NCBI RefSeq assembly: GCF_006345805.1
Contig: NC_043006.1
Coordinates: 29,078,001-29,142,000 of the forward strand
Direction of reading: 5' to 3'
Length of the DNA stretch: 64,000 nucleotides
From: Octopus sinensis
Taxonomy: Eukaryota
The notes under the pieces are model-generated. The model had not been told where the DNA came from. It ran no database searches and worked only from the letters and a program-made list of their open reading frames with translations. Shown one piece after another: positions 25,701-40,601 of the stretch. Made by a program: the position numbers and the translations under genes. Numbering within the stretch: the first letter of the stretch is position 1; every line of letters starts with the position of its first letter.

Positions 25701-28700
25701 TAAGTAGGAGGGAGGGCATGAATAATGAGAGAAGGAAAGAAGAGTGCATTGGATAATGTTTAGTGAGGGGTAACTTGCTATTCTGAGGTGCAGTATCCAT
25801 TGTAGTTTTAGAGTAAGTAAACAGGTAACAGCATGCCTACATTGTTGTAGTTTTAGATTGAGTAACAAGGAGACAGTAGTGTGAAGGGGAGAAAATCTTT
25901 GCCACTCAGCTGAGTGTTTTGATTATCTTAGATGAGGTCTAATATGTATGTGTAACAGTTCTTTGCCAGATGTGTGAACAGTAATTCATGGTGTTTCTTC
26001 TAGTACAAACAGTCACTAATTTTCTGTTCCTAAAGAGAAAGACCAATCTTTGGCATGCAATTGTTGTTTTGCTACATTATGAATGTTAGTGAAATTGCTA
26101 AGGAAGATGATCAGTAGTTGTGTGGCCTAACATTTAGAGGGACTTTGAGGATTTTAATTGTATGTTGGCCCATACCAGAAAATGTGAAAGAGAAGACTGT
26201 AGCCTTGATGTGTGTAATAATTGTCTCTTTGTTTTGTTAAAGGGGATGAGACTCATCATCATCATCGTTTTATGTCCGTTTTCCATGCTGGCATGAGTTG
26301 GATGGTTCAACTAGGGTCTGGGAAGCCAGGAGGCTGTACCAGGCCTCAATCTTATCTGGCAGTGTTTCTACAGCTGAATGCCCTTCCTAACGCCAACCAC
26401 TCTGAGAATGTAGTGGGTGCTTTTTACGTTCCACCAGTACAAGGGGCCAGAGGAGCTGGCATTGACCATGATCAGATGGTGCTTTTTACGTGCCACCAGC
26501 ACGGAAGCCAGTCAAAGCGGCACTGGCATTGACCACGTTCGGACGGTGCTTTTTACATGCTACCGGCATGGGGCTCACAATTATAATTTCCATTTGATTT
26601 GATTTTGATATTGCTGATGTTGATTGATCTATTGACTCAATAGGTCTCCTCAAGCACAGCATGTTGCCCTACGATCCAAGGTACTTTTGAGTGGACTGGT
26701 TTTGTGAGACTGGTGTAGGTTACAGCTGTGGACTCACTTTATTTGCTGGGTCTTCTCAGTCACAGCATACCTCTAGAGGTCTTTTGTCATTGCCTCTGTG
26801 AGGCCCAACGTTTAAAGGCCATGCTTCACCACCTCATCCCATGTCTTCCTTGGTGTCCCTCTACCTTGGATTCCTTCCACTCTTTGTGAGTGGCACTTCT
26901 TCCATGTCAATATTGGAAAATGTTTTTGAGGTCTCTGCTCTTAGTAGTGATACGGGTTGACATAAAGTATCTTGATGGCATGTGGATAATGCTTGTGTAT
27001 GGAAAGTTACGGTGGAATGGAGAGTAGTTTCCTCTCCACCAAAGGGAGCATTAATAGAAATGTTAACAAACCTGGGGTGGGAGTGCTTATGTATCAATCA
27101 GAGACAAATGATGGTGATAATACTAATTATTGTAGAAATTTTTAGATGACAAACATTTCATTTCACTTCTATTTCAGTAGCTTCAGCCTTAGCTGGGTGT
27201 GAAAGCTAAAAACAGTTGTAGTATTGAAGTAAATGAGGACAATAATTTAAGTTCAAATCCTACCAAATTTTAGTTAAAATTCTGATCTGGTTGATAAACT
27301 CATGTAGTTGATTATATTCTCTCCACCAACCTCTTTCAACAGCTGAACTTAGATTTGAATAGATATTCATTTCATTGTCATCATTACTCAAAGTAGATTC
27401 ATTTATTTCTGCTCATTACGTATTTCAGTGTTTATTTCCACATCATTTACTGATCATGGAATCAATATATTAGAAATATAATCCTGACACCACAGCTCTA
27501 CATTCTCTCATTCTTTTATTTATTTATTTATTTATTTTAGCATATGTTTTACTTCTTCAAAATTACTGATAGATTTGAATGGATATATTATGTGCTCATT
27601 GTATTTTTGAACCCATTGATTAAACAAGTGAATTATGCAACATATTAGCCAGTTATTGGAATTATTTTGGACTTTTTTAAGGTTCAAATGATACTCAAAT
27701 CTTACATGTACCAACTAGTTAGGAAAAAATTCTTTTTCCAGTTAAATTTATTTCATTTTGTTAATCACTATAAAAATGGACTTCAAAATTTATTTTCAAA
27801 GTATTTATCAGAAGTAGCAGAAGTAACAAGCTGGATTAACTACCAAATGGAGATTTTATCAAGCACGGATTATGGTAAAGATGAAAATGCTGCTGACAGA
27901 TTGTTGGCAAAAAATAAAGTGTTAGAGACTGACCGACAAACCTATCAAGGTGTGGCTAATGCACTTGGCAAAGAAGCTACCAGACTCATTAAAAGTGGCA
28001 GTGATAATCCTTCAATGATTCGTAAAACACAGGTTAGAATTTTCTTTAAAGACTTTTCTCTAAGAACACAGTTTCTTTCTAAATAGTTGTACATTATAGT
28101 TTATTCTTGTATTCATTGAACATATTAGAGATTTGGAGAGTTTTGGCTGCCTGCTGGTTGAAAGGGTGATGCTTCAAATTCCACCAAGTCCCATTGAAGT
28201 CACTTTTGTCTTTCATCCTTCCAGGATTGATAAAGCACTAGCCCAGTACTGGGACACACTCAGACACATACTCACATTCACACACTCACATTCACACACT
28301 CACATTCACACACTCACGTTCACACACTCACGTTCACACACTCACGTTCACACACTCACTCACGTTCACTCACTCACTCACGTTCACTCACTCACATTCA
28401 CTCACTCACATTCACTCACTCACTCACATTCACTCACTCACTCACATTCACTCACTTTATTGAGTAAATAGTTAAAACTCTACAATAAATACAAAGGTTG
28501 AAATTTTTTTTTTTTTATTGTTTTATAAATGTAATATTGATTTGTAAAATATATCACAACAGTTATATTCTATTTATTTGTTGACAGTCTTTTACATGTT
28601 TTTTTTTTCTAATCAATTAATAACTTGTCCATTTAGGATGGTCTGTACGATATGTTGAATAAACTGAAACAGCTCTCAGCTGAGCGACGTGTTAAACTGG

Positions 28701-31700
28701 AAGAGTCGAAAAACATTCATGCGTTCCGGCGAGAACATGCAGACTGTGAAGAATGGATTGCAGAACAGATGCAGATAGCTTCTTTGGAGGAATATGGAGA
28801 AGATTATGAACATTTTGAAGTAAGTTTATGAAGAAAGAATCCGAGCACTTTGAAGTATTAGATTATTTACCTATTACTTTATATGATGTTTATAATTAGC
28901 TATTTCCCTTTTTCTGTTCGGAAATAGAATTATATATTAACTTGCTTGTTACAAGTAGAATTTGTTTTGTTAAACGATAAGCTGAGTAAAGTTTTAAACT
29001 TTTAAATGTTTTTAATCATCACATTAGCAATCTATTTTATATCTCCAAATGAAATCTCTCAGATTTACTCAGTTGGTTTTGTCTACTTCTGGTTTTGGTT
29101 TCATTTGTAGGAAGTTAACATTTATAAATTTTCAAGATTATTTTATATTTGTTCACTGATGGTCATGAATATACAAACCTTCTTTGTTCTCTTCACAATT
29201 TAGCTTCGATTCCAAAACATTTTGAAGGCATTTTGATTTACGTTATGAAAATCTTTGGAAAGGTACAATCCTCAAAATATGTACCCTATCTACTATATCC
29301 TAAAAATCTCAAGCTTCCTAGTTTTCCCTTAATAATTGACCTTTGTTTATATTTTTCATGTAACTCACATACAATTTATTCATATACTTAAGTCATCACA
29401 GCCCGGAAGGTAATCTTGATATTTTTTAGTTGAAATTTTCTTACCACTACTTCAATGTTTATATTATCCAGGTATTGCAAGGTAAATTTGATGAATTTAA
29501 GTGGAATATTGAAGCAGGTGTTGAACGTTTCAATCGATGTGACAAACTTGCTGGTTTGTTAATAGAAGCAGATGGACCATATGCCAATGAAGTTCGCAAG
29601 AAACAAGAAAGTTTAGCGTGAGTGTGTTTTCTCTTGTCATGCTTAAAGACAAATCTTGAATTCTAAGATGAATAAAATATCACCCCCCCTTCCAAAAAAA
29701 ATCCAGAAGTTATTAAAATTATAATAAACTGAAGCCTCTATTTTAACAGTTTATACAAAGCCTGAATTGTTAGAACTTTCCATCACCCATCAATATTATG
29801 TTACAAATAGCTCTGTATATGTTTTTTCAACTGCATGATTAAATTTCAGAGTTTGTTTAATTGCTTGGAAAATCTACTTAAGATATCTAATGCTACAACC
29901 CATATCAAAGCTGAGGTCAAGAGAGAGATAGCTAAAGAAGTGTAATCTTTTTAGACAAGAAATTTTTTTTAAAAACCCTTTTTGTTAATTTCTGGGATAA
30001 TTTGAATTTATTTTTAAATAATAATTTAAGCAGCTTAATTTTCAAAATTATAGAAATGATAAGTTAGATTTTTTGTTCCTCTCCAAAGTTGAATTTAAAA
30101 AAAAATTTTTTCTGATTTGCAGAAATTATACGTTTAATTAAAATAACTTGGAATATTTGGTTACATTCTTCTATGCCTTACATAGATGACTTGATATTTC
30201 ATCTTTTTGGTTCATATAAGAACATTTTCTGTAAATTACTGGTTCTAATCCACTCCTACAAATATTAATCTTGTATTAATATTTGCAGGAAATGAAAACA
30301 GAAATGATCTTAGCCTCAATACTGCAAAGGTTTCCATTCCAAAATCAAATTTTTTTTAACTACTCCTAGGTACACTCATGTCTGTGTGTAGGTAAGAAAT
30401 TTGCTTCTCAGCCAGATGGTTTGAGGTTCAGACTCACTGTGTGGCACCTTAGACAAGTGTCTTCTGCTATAGCCCTAGGTTGACCAAAGCCTTGTCAGTG
30501 GATTTGATAGAAGGGAAACTGGAAGAAGCCTGCTGTATCTACATATGTGTGTGTCACTGTCTTTTTGCCTTGTGATATTTGTGAGCCTGTGTTACTGTCA
30601 TGCAAATGGTGTTCTTCACTTCCTATCTTCTGTGAAAACATGCATAGGGCATGGGGAAATAATGTCTCCTTTGGAAACATGGCAACAGGAAGAGCATCCA
30701 GCCAGAGAAAGTCTGCCTCAACATATTTCTCGTCACTCGTGCAAGCATGGAAAAGTGCAATGATGATGATCTACTGATCTTCTGGTTATTTTCACTGGTT
30801 TACATCATTATCATTCAATTTATATTGACTTGGTCTTTTTATGTTGTGTTTGTTTCTACTCGGTACCAATATCTCAGTACCTTATCTATAATGTCTTATA
30901 TTTTGCAGAGACTCTTGGAATCAGTTGCTGGTTCAAATAGAAACACGTCAAGAAAAGCTGCGTGCTGCAAGTCAGCTGCACCGTTTCAGTCGGGATGTTG
31001 CTGATGCTCTTGATAGAATCCAGGTAAGAATTTATCAGGGTATTTTATTTAAAGTTAGGTGCAGGAGTGGCTGTGTGGTAAATAGCTTGCCTACCAACCA
31101 CATGGTTCCGGGTTCAGTCCCACTGCGTGGCACCTTGGGCAAGTGTCCTCTACTATAGCCTCGGGCCGACCAAAGCCTTGTGAGTGGATTTGGTAGACGG
31201 AAACTGAAAGAAGCCCGTCGTATATATATATGTGTGCGTGTACGTTTGTGTGTCTGTGTTTGTCCCCTAGCATTGCTTGACAACCGATGCTGGTGTGTTT
31301 ATGTCCCCGTCACTTAGCGGTTCAGCAAAAAAGACCGATAGAATAAGTATTGGGCTTACAAAGAATAAGTCCCGGGATCGAGTTGCTCGACTAAAGGCGG
31401 TGCTCCAGCATGGCCGCAGTCAACTGACAAACAAGTAAAAAAAAAAAAGATTTGGATATAATTAGATAACTAAGGCATTTCCATTTGTAATGCAGTGTTA
31501 TGAGTTGGTATTCTACAACAAACATTTTTCTTGTAGCAAGGCAATCCACTCTAGTTTTATCCTACTTTAACTGGAAAGTAACTACTTCTCCATTTGAGAG
31601 AATTACCGTGTGACAGATAATGTACTTCAAGAAGAAATTTGCGTCTCATTTGTTCTGAGATTCTGAAACTTATAACTTCTTTCTCCTAGTCATTCTGTAG

Positions 31701-34700
31701 GGACTGGGCTCACTCAGTCACTGGGTGTGGTTTGGTTATCATCACTATTATACTTTTAAAATAATATAGTAATGTTTTAATGGTTTAGCTGAATAAAATG
31801 ACCAAACCAATAGCAGCAGTTCCATGAACAAATATTTATTAGAAGGTCTCATTTATGTATAAGAAATTATTTCTTTGTTTATTTACTATGGAGATTGAAA
31901 TGCTAATATTGGCAAATATATTTGCAGGAAAAACGAAGCAGCATTCCTGATGACCTTGGCAGAGACATGCAAACAACTGCAAGTTACCAAAAGAGACATG
32001 AAGTGTTTGAAAATGATCTGATGGCTTTAGAGGCACAGGTAAAATGCAGTTATCAACTATCACCATGTTCCCCTCAATCATGGACTTCAGTTCAGTCAAC
32101 TTCTCCCATCAATCTACTTTTGAATAATTTCAAGATCTTTATTCCAAGAAGTGTTGTATGTCTTGTGAGACATATATTTTGCATGCCAATGACTTTTTTT
32201 CTCTCTCCACAGCTTCAAGTACTGATGGATGATTCTTCTCATTTGCTAAAAGTCTATACTTCTGAGGAGCTAAGAAATAGCATTATTAGTTCTAAGCAAG
32301 AAATCCTTGCTAAGTGGAGTGAATTACAAGAAATGGCAGAGTTACGCAAAGAGAAACTAGCTGCAGCTGCTAATTACCATCATTTTCAGACTTCAGTAAG
32401 TTTATCTAGAATTTTCTACCTGATTAAAAAATAGATTAAAAAAAAAAAAAAAAAAAGTAACTATTTTTAACTTAGACAGAAGGGCAGCAGTTTTGAGAAG
32501 ATGAATTGGTCAGTACCATGGAGTGCAATACTTGACTTGCAGAAAGATGAAAGTGTACTGTGGAGGGTGTCCACGAAAGTCATCCCAGTTTTTATAGGTG
32601 CCCTACGTACTATCACTAATAGACTTGGCAGTTCCTTTATTGTGATTAGTGTAACTACCAGAGTTGCATTAATTCAGGATTGTAAGAAAGGTCCTTGATG
32701 TCTGAGGAAACTGGTTGTGGCCTGGTTTGATCCTGAATGTAAGACATTCATGCACATCATGAATAATAATCCTTCTAAAGGCACAAGGCCTGAAATTTGG
32801 GGGTGGGGGATAGTCGATTATATAGACTCCAGTGCATTACTGGTACTTATTTCATTGACCTTGAAAGGATGAAAGGTAAAGTCGACCTCGGTGGCTTCAA
32901 ATTTTGGCTCAGGGCCAGCAGTTTTTGAAAGCAGAGGTAAGTTAATTACATTAGCCCCCCCCCCCCCCTCCTGTTTAACTGATACTTATTTTATCAACCC
33001 CAAAAAGATGAAAGGCAAAGTCAACCTTGGCAGAATTTGAACTCAGAATGTAAAGACTGCTGCTAAGCTTTTAAGCATTTTTTTTGACAATGTGCTAATA
33101 ATTCATTCTGGTAGCTTGCCACTTTGTTAATAATAATAATAATAATAATCCTTTCTACTATAGTCACAAGGCCTTAAATTTTGGGAGAGGGAACCAGTTG
33201 ATTACATCTACCCCCAAAAAGATGTCAGGCAAAATGAATCTTAGAAGAATTTGAATTCAGAACATGATGATAGGCGAAATGGCACTAAGTATTTTGATTC
33301 TGCCAGTTTGCCACCTTAATAATAATATTACACATTTGTTATTTCTTTTATTTTGACATTCATTTTCCAAGACTAGTATGAGTTAAATGAATCTATTGAG
33401 ACATTGTAAATGCTGTTGTCTGCTAGAGTTTAAGTGAGTATTTTGAAGACTTTGAGATTTTCAAACCCACTTGGTGTGAAGTTGTAGCTTCTGTCAGTCT
33501 CAATATATTCAAACATGTGAGAGAAATATGTATCAAGTATTTATTCTTCAACCATGTTTTCTTTTCTGGCACATTATATTCAGAATTACTTTGTCCTTTG
33601 TACTGAACCATTTTTGAAAACTATATTTCAGAAAGATTTAGTTGCAATTTTTGAAGGTTTAGTCCTGTTTAGAAGCTTGCTTACGAGTTCACTGTAATTT
33701 ATTGATTTGCAATACTGAGTTCAATACATTGTACAGTAAAAATTACCTAAGTTCAGCATCTTATCTCAGAATGAGAGAGTTTATCCTTCATTTGCTTATT
33801 TCTTCAGAAACTGCAATGATGCTATGAATCCTTGTGATTCACAAAGTACTAACAAAATATTTATAGAAAATAAAGTCAAAATTCAGTCACACTACCTCTT
33901 AGAAAATGTTGTTTTGTAATTTTTTTTTTTACAGAGTAATTAGTATTTGTTTGTTGCTTAGATAATCAGAAATAAATTCCTTTTGACAGAGTGCCAAGAT
34001 TCATGAGAAGAGTCAATAATTTCATTATGTACCATTTCCTTATGGGTTTGGAAACTATACCAATTTCACATTAGTCTAGGAACTTTGTACTACTTTCCAG
34101 TGTGTACAGTTCCATATGAACTCTTGGAAGTCTGTACTAGTGCTTATGGTATCTTGGAACTCCAAATTGTTTTATGTGATATCGTGAAATTTTTCATGTT
34201 CTCTATCTATCTTTGGACTATTCTTTGTGATGTCTCAACTGTTTACTATTCTCTGCAGCATCTGTGAATTATTTACTGCTCTCTATGTATCTAGGAGCTG
34301 TATACTGTTTCTGATGTGGTTTTGGTATCATATTCAAGTCTTAGAATTATTTTCACTGCATGGATCTTCAAACTATTTACAATAATTCAGAAATATTCTA
34401 TTTGCTACATTATAAAATCACAATATAAGAAAAATATCTATTTCAAAGACAACTGTTTGATTACTGGATACTTTAAATTTCGATGTATAATTTTTAATGT
34501 ATTTTCATTACAAACTGTTTAATTGTTCTGTTATAAAGGTGCGAGAACTTCTTGGTTGGGCTTCTGAAATTGAACGGGAAATGAGCTCTAAAACTCAAGT
34601 CAGAGATTTACAAGCTGTACTTCAATTAGAGAACCGGCATAATGAACTAAAAGCTGAGATTGATGCTCGTCAGGATATATTTCTTCAAGTTGCTGACGAA

Positions 34701-37700
34701 GGAGCCCAAATGATTGACAATAACCATTATGCAAAAGCAGAGGTATGTATGATCTTCTATAGTTTATTAATATTAAATGTAAATGCTGTGGTGAAAGAAA
34801 TTGTGTGTTGGATGCAAATGAAAGGACTGAGACACTTTTTGGCCAAGTTTTCTTTGGCATCTTCAAGTTTCACTTGAAGAAAGTAAGGGTGGAGAGGGAG
34901 TTGTTCTCTTGCCCAATAAATTTATTGAAAGTTGAGTGGGAGTAGCAAATCTGGCCCAAGATAATGGGCTTGCTCTTCTATTGTATTTGTAAGTCAGAGA
35001 ATAACAGTCTGGAAAAGATACTTGACTGTGGCTTTCAGGGAAATCATAGATTTATGAGTTTCCTTGATTGATCCTGAGTTACCTCCATTTTTAGATGTTT
35101 CTTTGTTATTTTGCTATTTTCTCAGTCTGAAGCCTCAATACTCTCCCCAGCATTTTGGGTCTTTGTTTTTCCAATCTCCGACTTCACCTGTCTCTACGGC
35201 CCCTTCCATCTGTCCTTCTGCAACGGCGCTTGTGGTGGTTTGACCATACATGTAGGCATCCAGTGGGTGAACTGAGCCGTGATGTCCTTCTCCCAACTCC
35301 ACTTACCAACTGGCGGAAACGCGGGTGGGCAGCTGAAGACCTGGGCTACGACGATCAAGGAGGACCTCTCCGTGCTCACGAGTCCGCAGGTGGTTGGCCT
35401 GCACTGATGGAACCGTGACTGGCTTGCTATCTCCAGTGAACTGGCGCAGGACCGTCGTGCGTGGGCTGCCATGGTTCGAGATGCCTTGAGGGTGGTAGAA
35501 GAAGCCGACTCAACCTGCCTAGGGTGAATGTCGCCACAAGTACAAGTAAAGTAAGGGTCTTTGTGGCCAATAAAGCAATTATTATTTAAATGTAAATGAA
35601 CAGGGGGAATGATGGACTTAATGTCTCAGAGTTTGTAGTTTCATTTCTTTGTTGGCAGTTCAGATCTCACTGAGGTTGACTTGCCATTCATCTTTCTGGA
35701 GGTAAATTATTACCAGTAACAAACTGTAGGAAATTTCCTCTATTTCACCCTGTTTCGCAAAAATTGGTTTGTGCTTTACATATCAAAAATAAACTTCAAT
35801 TATAAATAAAAGCCACATCGGTTCTCAAAGAAAAATTTTACTGTTCCACTGCTTATAGATCTTTAAAGATGCATATAAATGTAGAGGTTGTAGGTCCTAG
35901 TAACACGGGAAGGATACCTGGGCACTGCAGTAGAGACATGTCATCCATGGCCTCATTTGAGATTCACTACTAATCATATTCTGTTGTTTAGATCTATTTG
36001 ATCATAGATTTGATTGTTAACATGGAAAATATTTATGTTCTTTTTTTTTTTTTGTTAATTTAACATGAGTATTATGTGATTAAAACTATATTTCAAGCAG
36101 ATTGTTTGTGTAACACAATGCACCTGTGAGAATGTGCCTCTTTACTGAGTTTGTTTCCCTCTGGTGAGCCTGTACATTTTTGATGGGCTGTGAACCCACA
36201 TTTCTATAATGACTGGATGCTCTGCTGTGATTCTGCTCCACTGTGGAAAGAGAAATACTTGGCACAAAAGTTCCTTGCCTTGAAAAGTTTCCTTTTTTAT
36301 TTTTCCCCCTCAGATTCAGGAAAAGGTTGATCAAATTCTTTTAACTCAAGACAGACTTAATACTTTGTGGGATGAACGCAAACAATACAACAACCAGCTT
36401 CATGGTTTACATGTCTTTTTAAGAGATACCAATCAATTAAACAGAATTGCTTCTTCTCAAGAGGTATGGAATTTTTTTCCCTTCACATATTTTTCACTTA
36501 AAATATTTCAGCTAAATTTTTTTATTAGTTTTTTTCTTTTTTTTTTTTAGATAACTTATCAGTTTATTGTAAACTATTTGTCTATCAGTTAACATGTTAC
36601 ATTACGAAAATTATTCTAACTATGGTCTAGTTGTTGTTTACCTCCAGGTCAGCTCTGCTTGAGCAGATTCATTGTCAAAGGCATTCCAGCAATGACCAAC
36701 CTTTATATTTTCAAACATTTACCTTAGATGAATTTTGGATAACAAATCACACCCTGTCGTTTTAAGTATACTTTTTAAGAAGGTGGTGTGTGATTTGGAT
36801 TCTGTTCTAATTATTTGAATGACTATATAAGTAGATAGATACTCCCTCATGAAACAATTTAGAATTGTGTTAAGACTATTGATACTTCTAACTAATTTGG
36901 ATTTGAAAAGACAATGTCAGAAATACCTGTTAGTTACCTCTGTACAAAATGCTATTTCATAATTGGGTTTTCTTCATTTTTTAAATTTTTATTATGATTA
37001 AAACTTTATAGTTGAGTAGAAACTTCAAACATTCAACTACTGGGTCAGCTGAAGACATTTTCATAATTTCATTGTAAATTTGAAAATATTCAAATGGACT
37101 TAAAATCTATAAGCTGAAGTGAATCAGAAATACATAGATTGCTGTTGAAGACATCAAATGTATATAAGAATATTTTTACATTTTATGTCTTTTGTGACTC
37201 TGTATTATAATAACATCATCATCATCATTGTTTAATGTCTGTTTTCCATGCTGGCATGGGTTGGACGTATTTGGTAATTGTCATCACAATTTAAAATTTT
37301 GTTTCAGGCTTCTCTCAACACTTCTGATTGTGGTCTGAATGTAGAAGAAGCAGAAACTCTTGCTCGTAAGCATGCAGACTTTGAAAATTTGGTTGTTGCC
37401 CAGGATGAAAAAGTATGTGCTATTTGAAAAGGCATTTTTCTTTTCTGCATAAAAAATACACAGTGTAATTATGTGCATTCTTAACTTCATTTAATGCTTG
37501 AAGAACTGATCAAAGAAATTAACTAATTAACTGTAATTTCCAATTGTAAAAGAATTGACCTTGATCATTTCTCTAGTTCTATTAACCTGTTTTCAGTTGG
37601 AAAGTGTCAAGTGCCAAGCTAAAGAACTGCTGAAAAATAAACATGTATCTTCTGATATTGAAGCTCCATTGGAGGCTGTCATAAAAAGGTATTTTTGTCA

Positions 37701-40570
37701 TTTTTGTTCTAATTTCTAATTTTTTCTTCTGTTATTTTGATAATTTATTGTTTTCCAGCTTGACAACCATATTAGAGTAGCACTATGATCCAAAGCATTC
37801 CAGGCATGACCACCTTTTTTATTTTTATATTTTTTCAAGACAGTGTTCCTTTTTTAACAAAATAGTATGTGGTTGAGAGAGATTTATCTGCTATTTCTTT
37901 AAAGTCAGGCATAGAAATATTCTTTTGGTTCACATTGTGTACAAGAGTGACAGTTGGTTAGTGTCAGTGCCATATTTTGCCATTGATACTGTGCTGTAGC
38001 CATTACTAAAGTCTTCTGCTGACTCACTCCATGTAGTTATAAATAGATACCATAAGGATGTAAGGATTATTCTTTAACCACAGGTCAGTCCTGATTAAAC
38101 TGACCTTTCATCAAAGGCATTGACTATCCCGTCTTTTGTTTCAGCTATAATGTATCTAGGAAGGTTACATTATTATTCTTAGCATACAAGGGTGTGATCT
38201 TAGAGATATTGGGCTGCTGTTTGTAGCAGGTCTAATTACTTCATAAAGGCTCCTTCATTACTGCAAAACAGGACAGTTTATGCTAAGAGATGACTGGACA
38301 ACTGTTTAATTAAAGACTACTTAACACTGTTCAATTAAAAACATTCCATAAGCATAGCTTGGAGATTTATGAGCTTCATAAGGTTAGCTGCCCAAGATAT
38401 ATTACATAAAGTATTTTACACTATCATAATGATCCCATGTATTCTAGGCCTTAATACCACTTCATACTCTCATTTTTATAGTTGTCATGTATCAGAAATA
38501 TTAAACATTTTTGGCTGTCGTATCATCTTAATTGATATTATACCCTGCTGCAGTTCATATAAGATTGAAGAATTTGACTTTATAGTTTTAGGTGTATTTT
38601 TGTTTAAAGTAACTCTGTTAGAATATCTTGTACCCTCATGAATACTCAATCTTGGAAATATAGATGATTGTCCAGACAATTGTCTTGAAGAGAAATAATC
38701 AAGAGATCTAATTTTTGATCATCACATTGCTTATTATACATAATTTATGTATTAATCTTCTGTTTATTTCCTTTTGTAGGAGAAAAGCCATAAAAAACCA
38801 ATGTAATGCCAGGAAAGAAAATCTGCAGAATTCCTTAGGTTACTTCCGTTTTAAAAGAGACCAAGATGAGGTAATTTTGTTGCATATGAAAAAATAATGT
38901 GACTGCTTCTCAATGAATTGTACATTGGTTTCTTCTTCTTTTGCTGGGTCTGCCTATCAAGTATGGTTAAACAATATTGTTTAACCATATTAGCTCTGGA
39001 TCATGTTTCATCTTTGTTTCTTTTTTACCTCCAGATCAGTCCTAACAGAGCAGATCAATGATCAAAAGTATTCCAACCATATTTATCCCATTTTTTTCCC
39101 AGGCATCTCTTTACAGCTATAATATCTAGAATGTTTCTTCTTCTCTTGTAATACTGAAGGCTGTGATTTGAGGGAGATTTGTTGGGCTTTGTCTGGGAAA
39201 GTCAAGCAAGAGCATAAAGGCTTCCTCAGTGAACCAAAGGATCACTTGTATGTTGCCTAGTTTAATACTCCTACCTGGCCTTTGGGCACTTTAGCAGATT
39301 CCACTCTATTGTAAGCATTTAGGCCATGCCATTAGGCTCAGAATAACTTCCATCCTACCTCTCACCAGTCGTAGTCCTTGAAAGTGCCACCTTTTCTTCT
39401 TAGATGAAGCCACTCAGAATGTAAACCAAACCAGTCACTGGTAGCTATCGTTTACATTAGTATTGACAATTTTTTCAACCTAGTGCATCTCAGCTATTTC
39501 ATCTCCAGAGGTAACCTTTAGTTGAATATGTAATTTTTAATGGACAAGTGGATCATGTTATTCTATGAACTCACAGATTGTGAATTTATACCCATTGGAT
39601 GTTTTGTGGGTTTTTCTGGTAATCTAGTGTACATAAATTGATGCTGTTGTCAGGAATTAGTAATTACCAGATATTCTAGAAATATTATGTCTGCTGGACT
39701 TTTTTACTATCTGGAGGATGTGGGGATTATTTGGCATTGACTAAATGCTTTTAAACTTTGCATTGAATTCAATGAATTCTTGCAGATCTCATTGAATTCA
39801 ACTTAAAGATATATTGTATGTTCCAATGATGAAATCTTGGAACTGTTTATTAATATGTTTAGAAGCTTCATGTATTGTTATTATACTATTAGTATATTAT
39901 GAAAAACAAAAGTTGTCTTCATTATCTATATTATAGCTTGAAAACTGGATGGATGATAAGCTGAAAGTTGCTGTTGATGATGATGTTGTTAAAGATACTA
40001 CTGATCTTAATGTAAAACTGAAGAAACTGCAGAAACACCAAGCATTTGTTTCAGAAATATATGCCAACACTGATAGGATAGAAAAGACAAAGCAGGTCTG
40101 TTTCCAATATTTCTTTGAAATTGTTCCAATTTGTGCAAATTACTATGTTGTAACAAAACAGATTTTCTTATTTTATAAGGTATGTGCAAAATGGCCAAGA
40201 GAATATGCTATTGAATTAGTTAATTACTGAGAATAGATGAAAAAGTATGTAATGGGCTATCATTACTGTAACATTTTAGCTGTGAATTGTTTGTGATATC
40301 TCTTACTGCAGTATTCTGATGCTATAATTAAATATAGGTAGAACTAAACACATCTCTAGCTTCTCTCTGATGCCATTTGTCTTTCTGACTACCCAGAACC
40401 AGTTCATTTAATATCCATCCTTCATTTTCAATAGTATCCTTTCCACCCACATTGTGCATTGATTACTCTTCCGAACCAACAAATTATTCCCCCTCCACTG
40501 TATGTCTCTCTTCCCCATTTGTTATTCCTGCTTCTACCCCAACACATGCACACTCACAATCTGTCCAACC

Positions 40571-40601
<31 letters not shown>

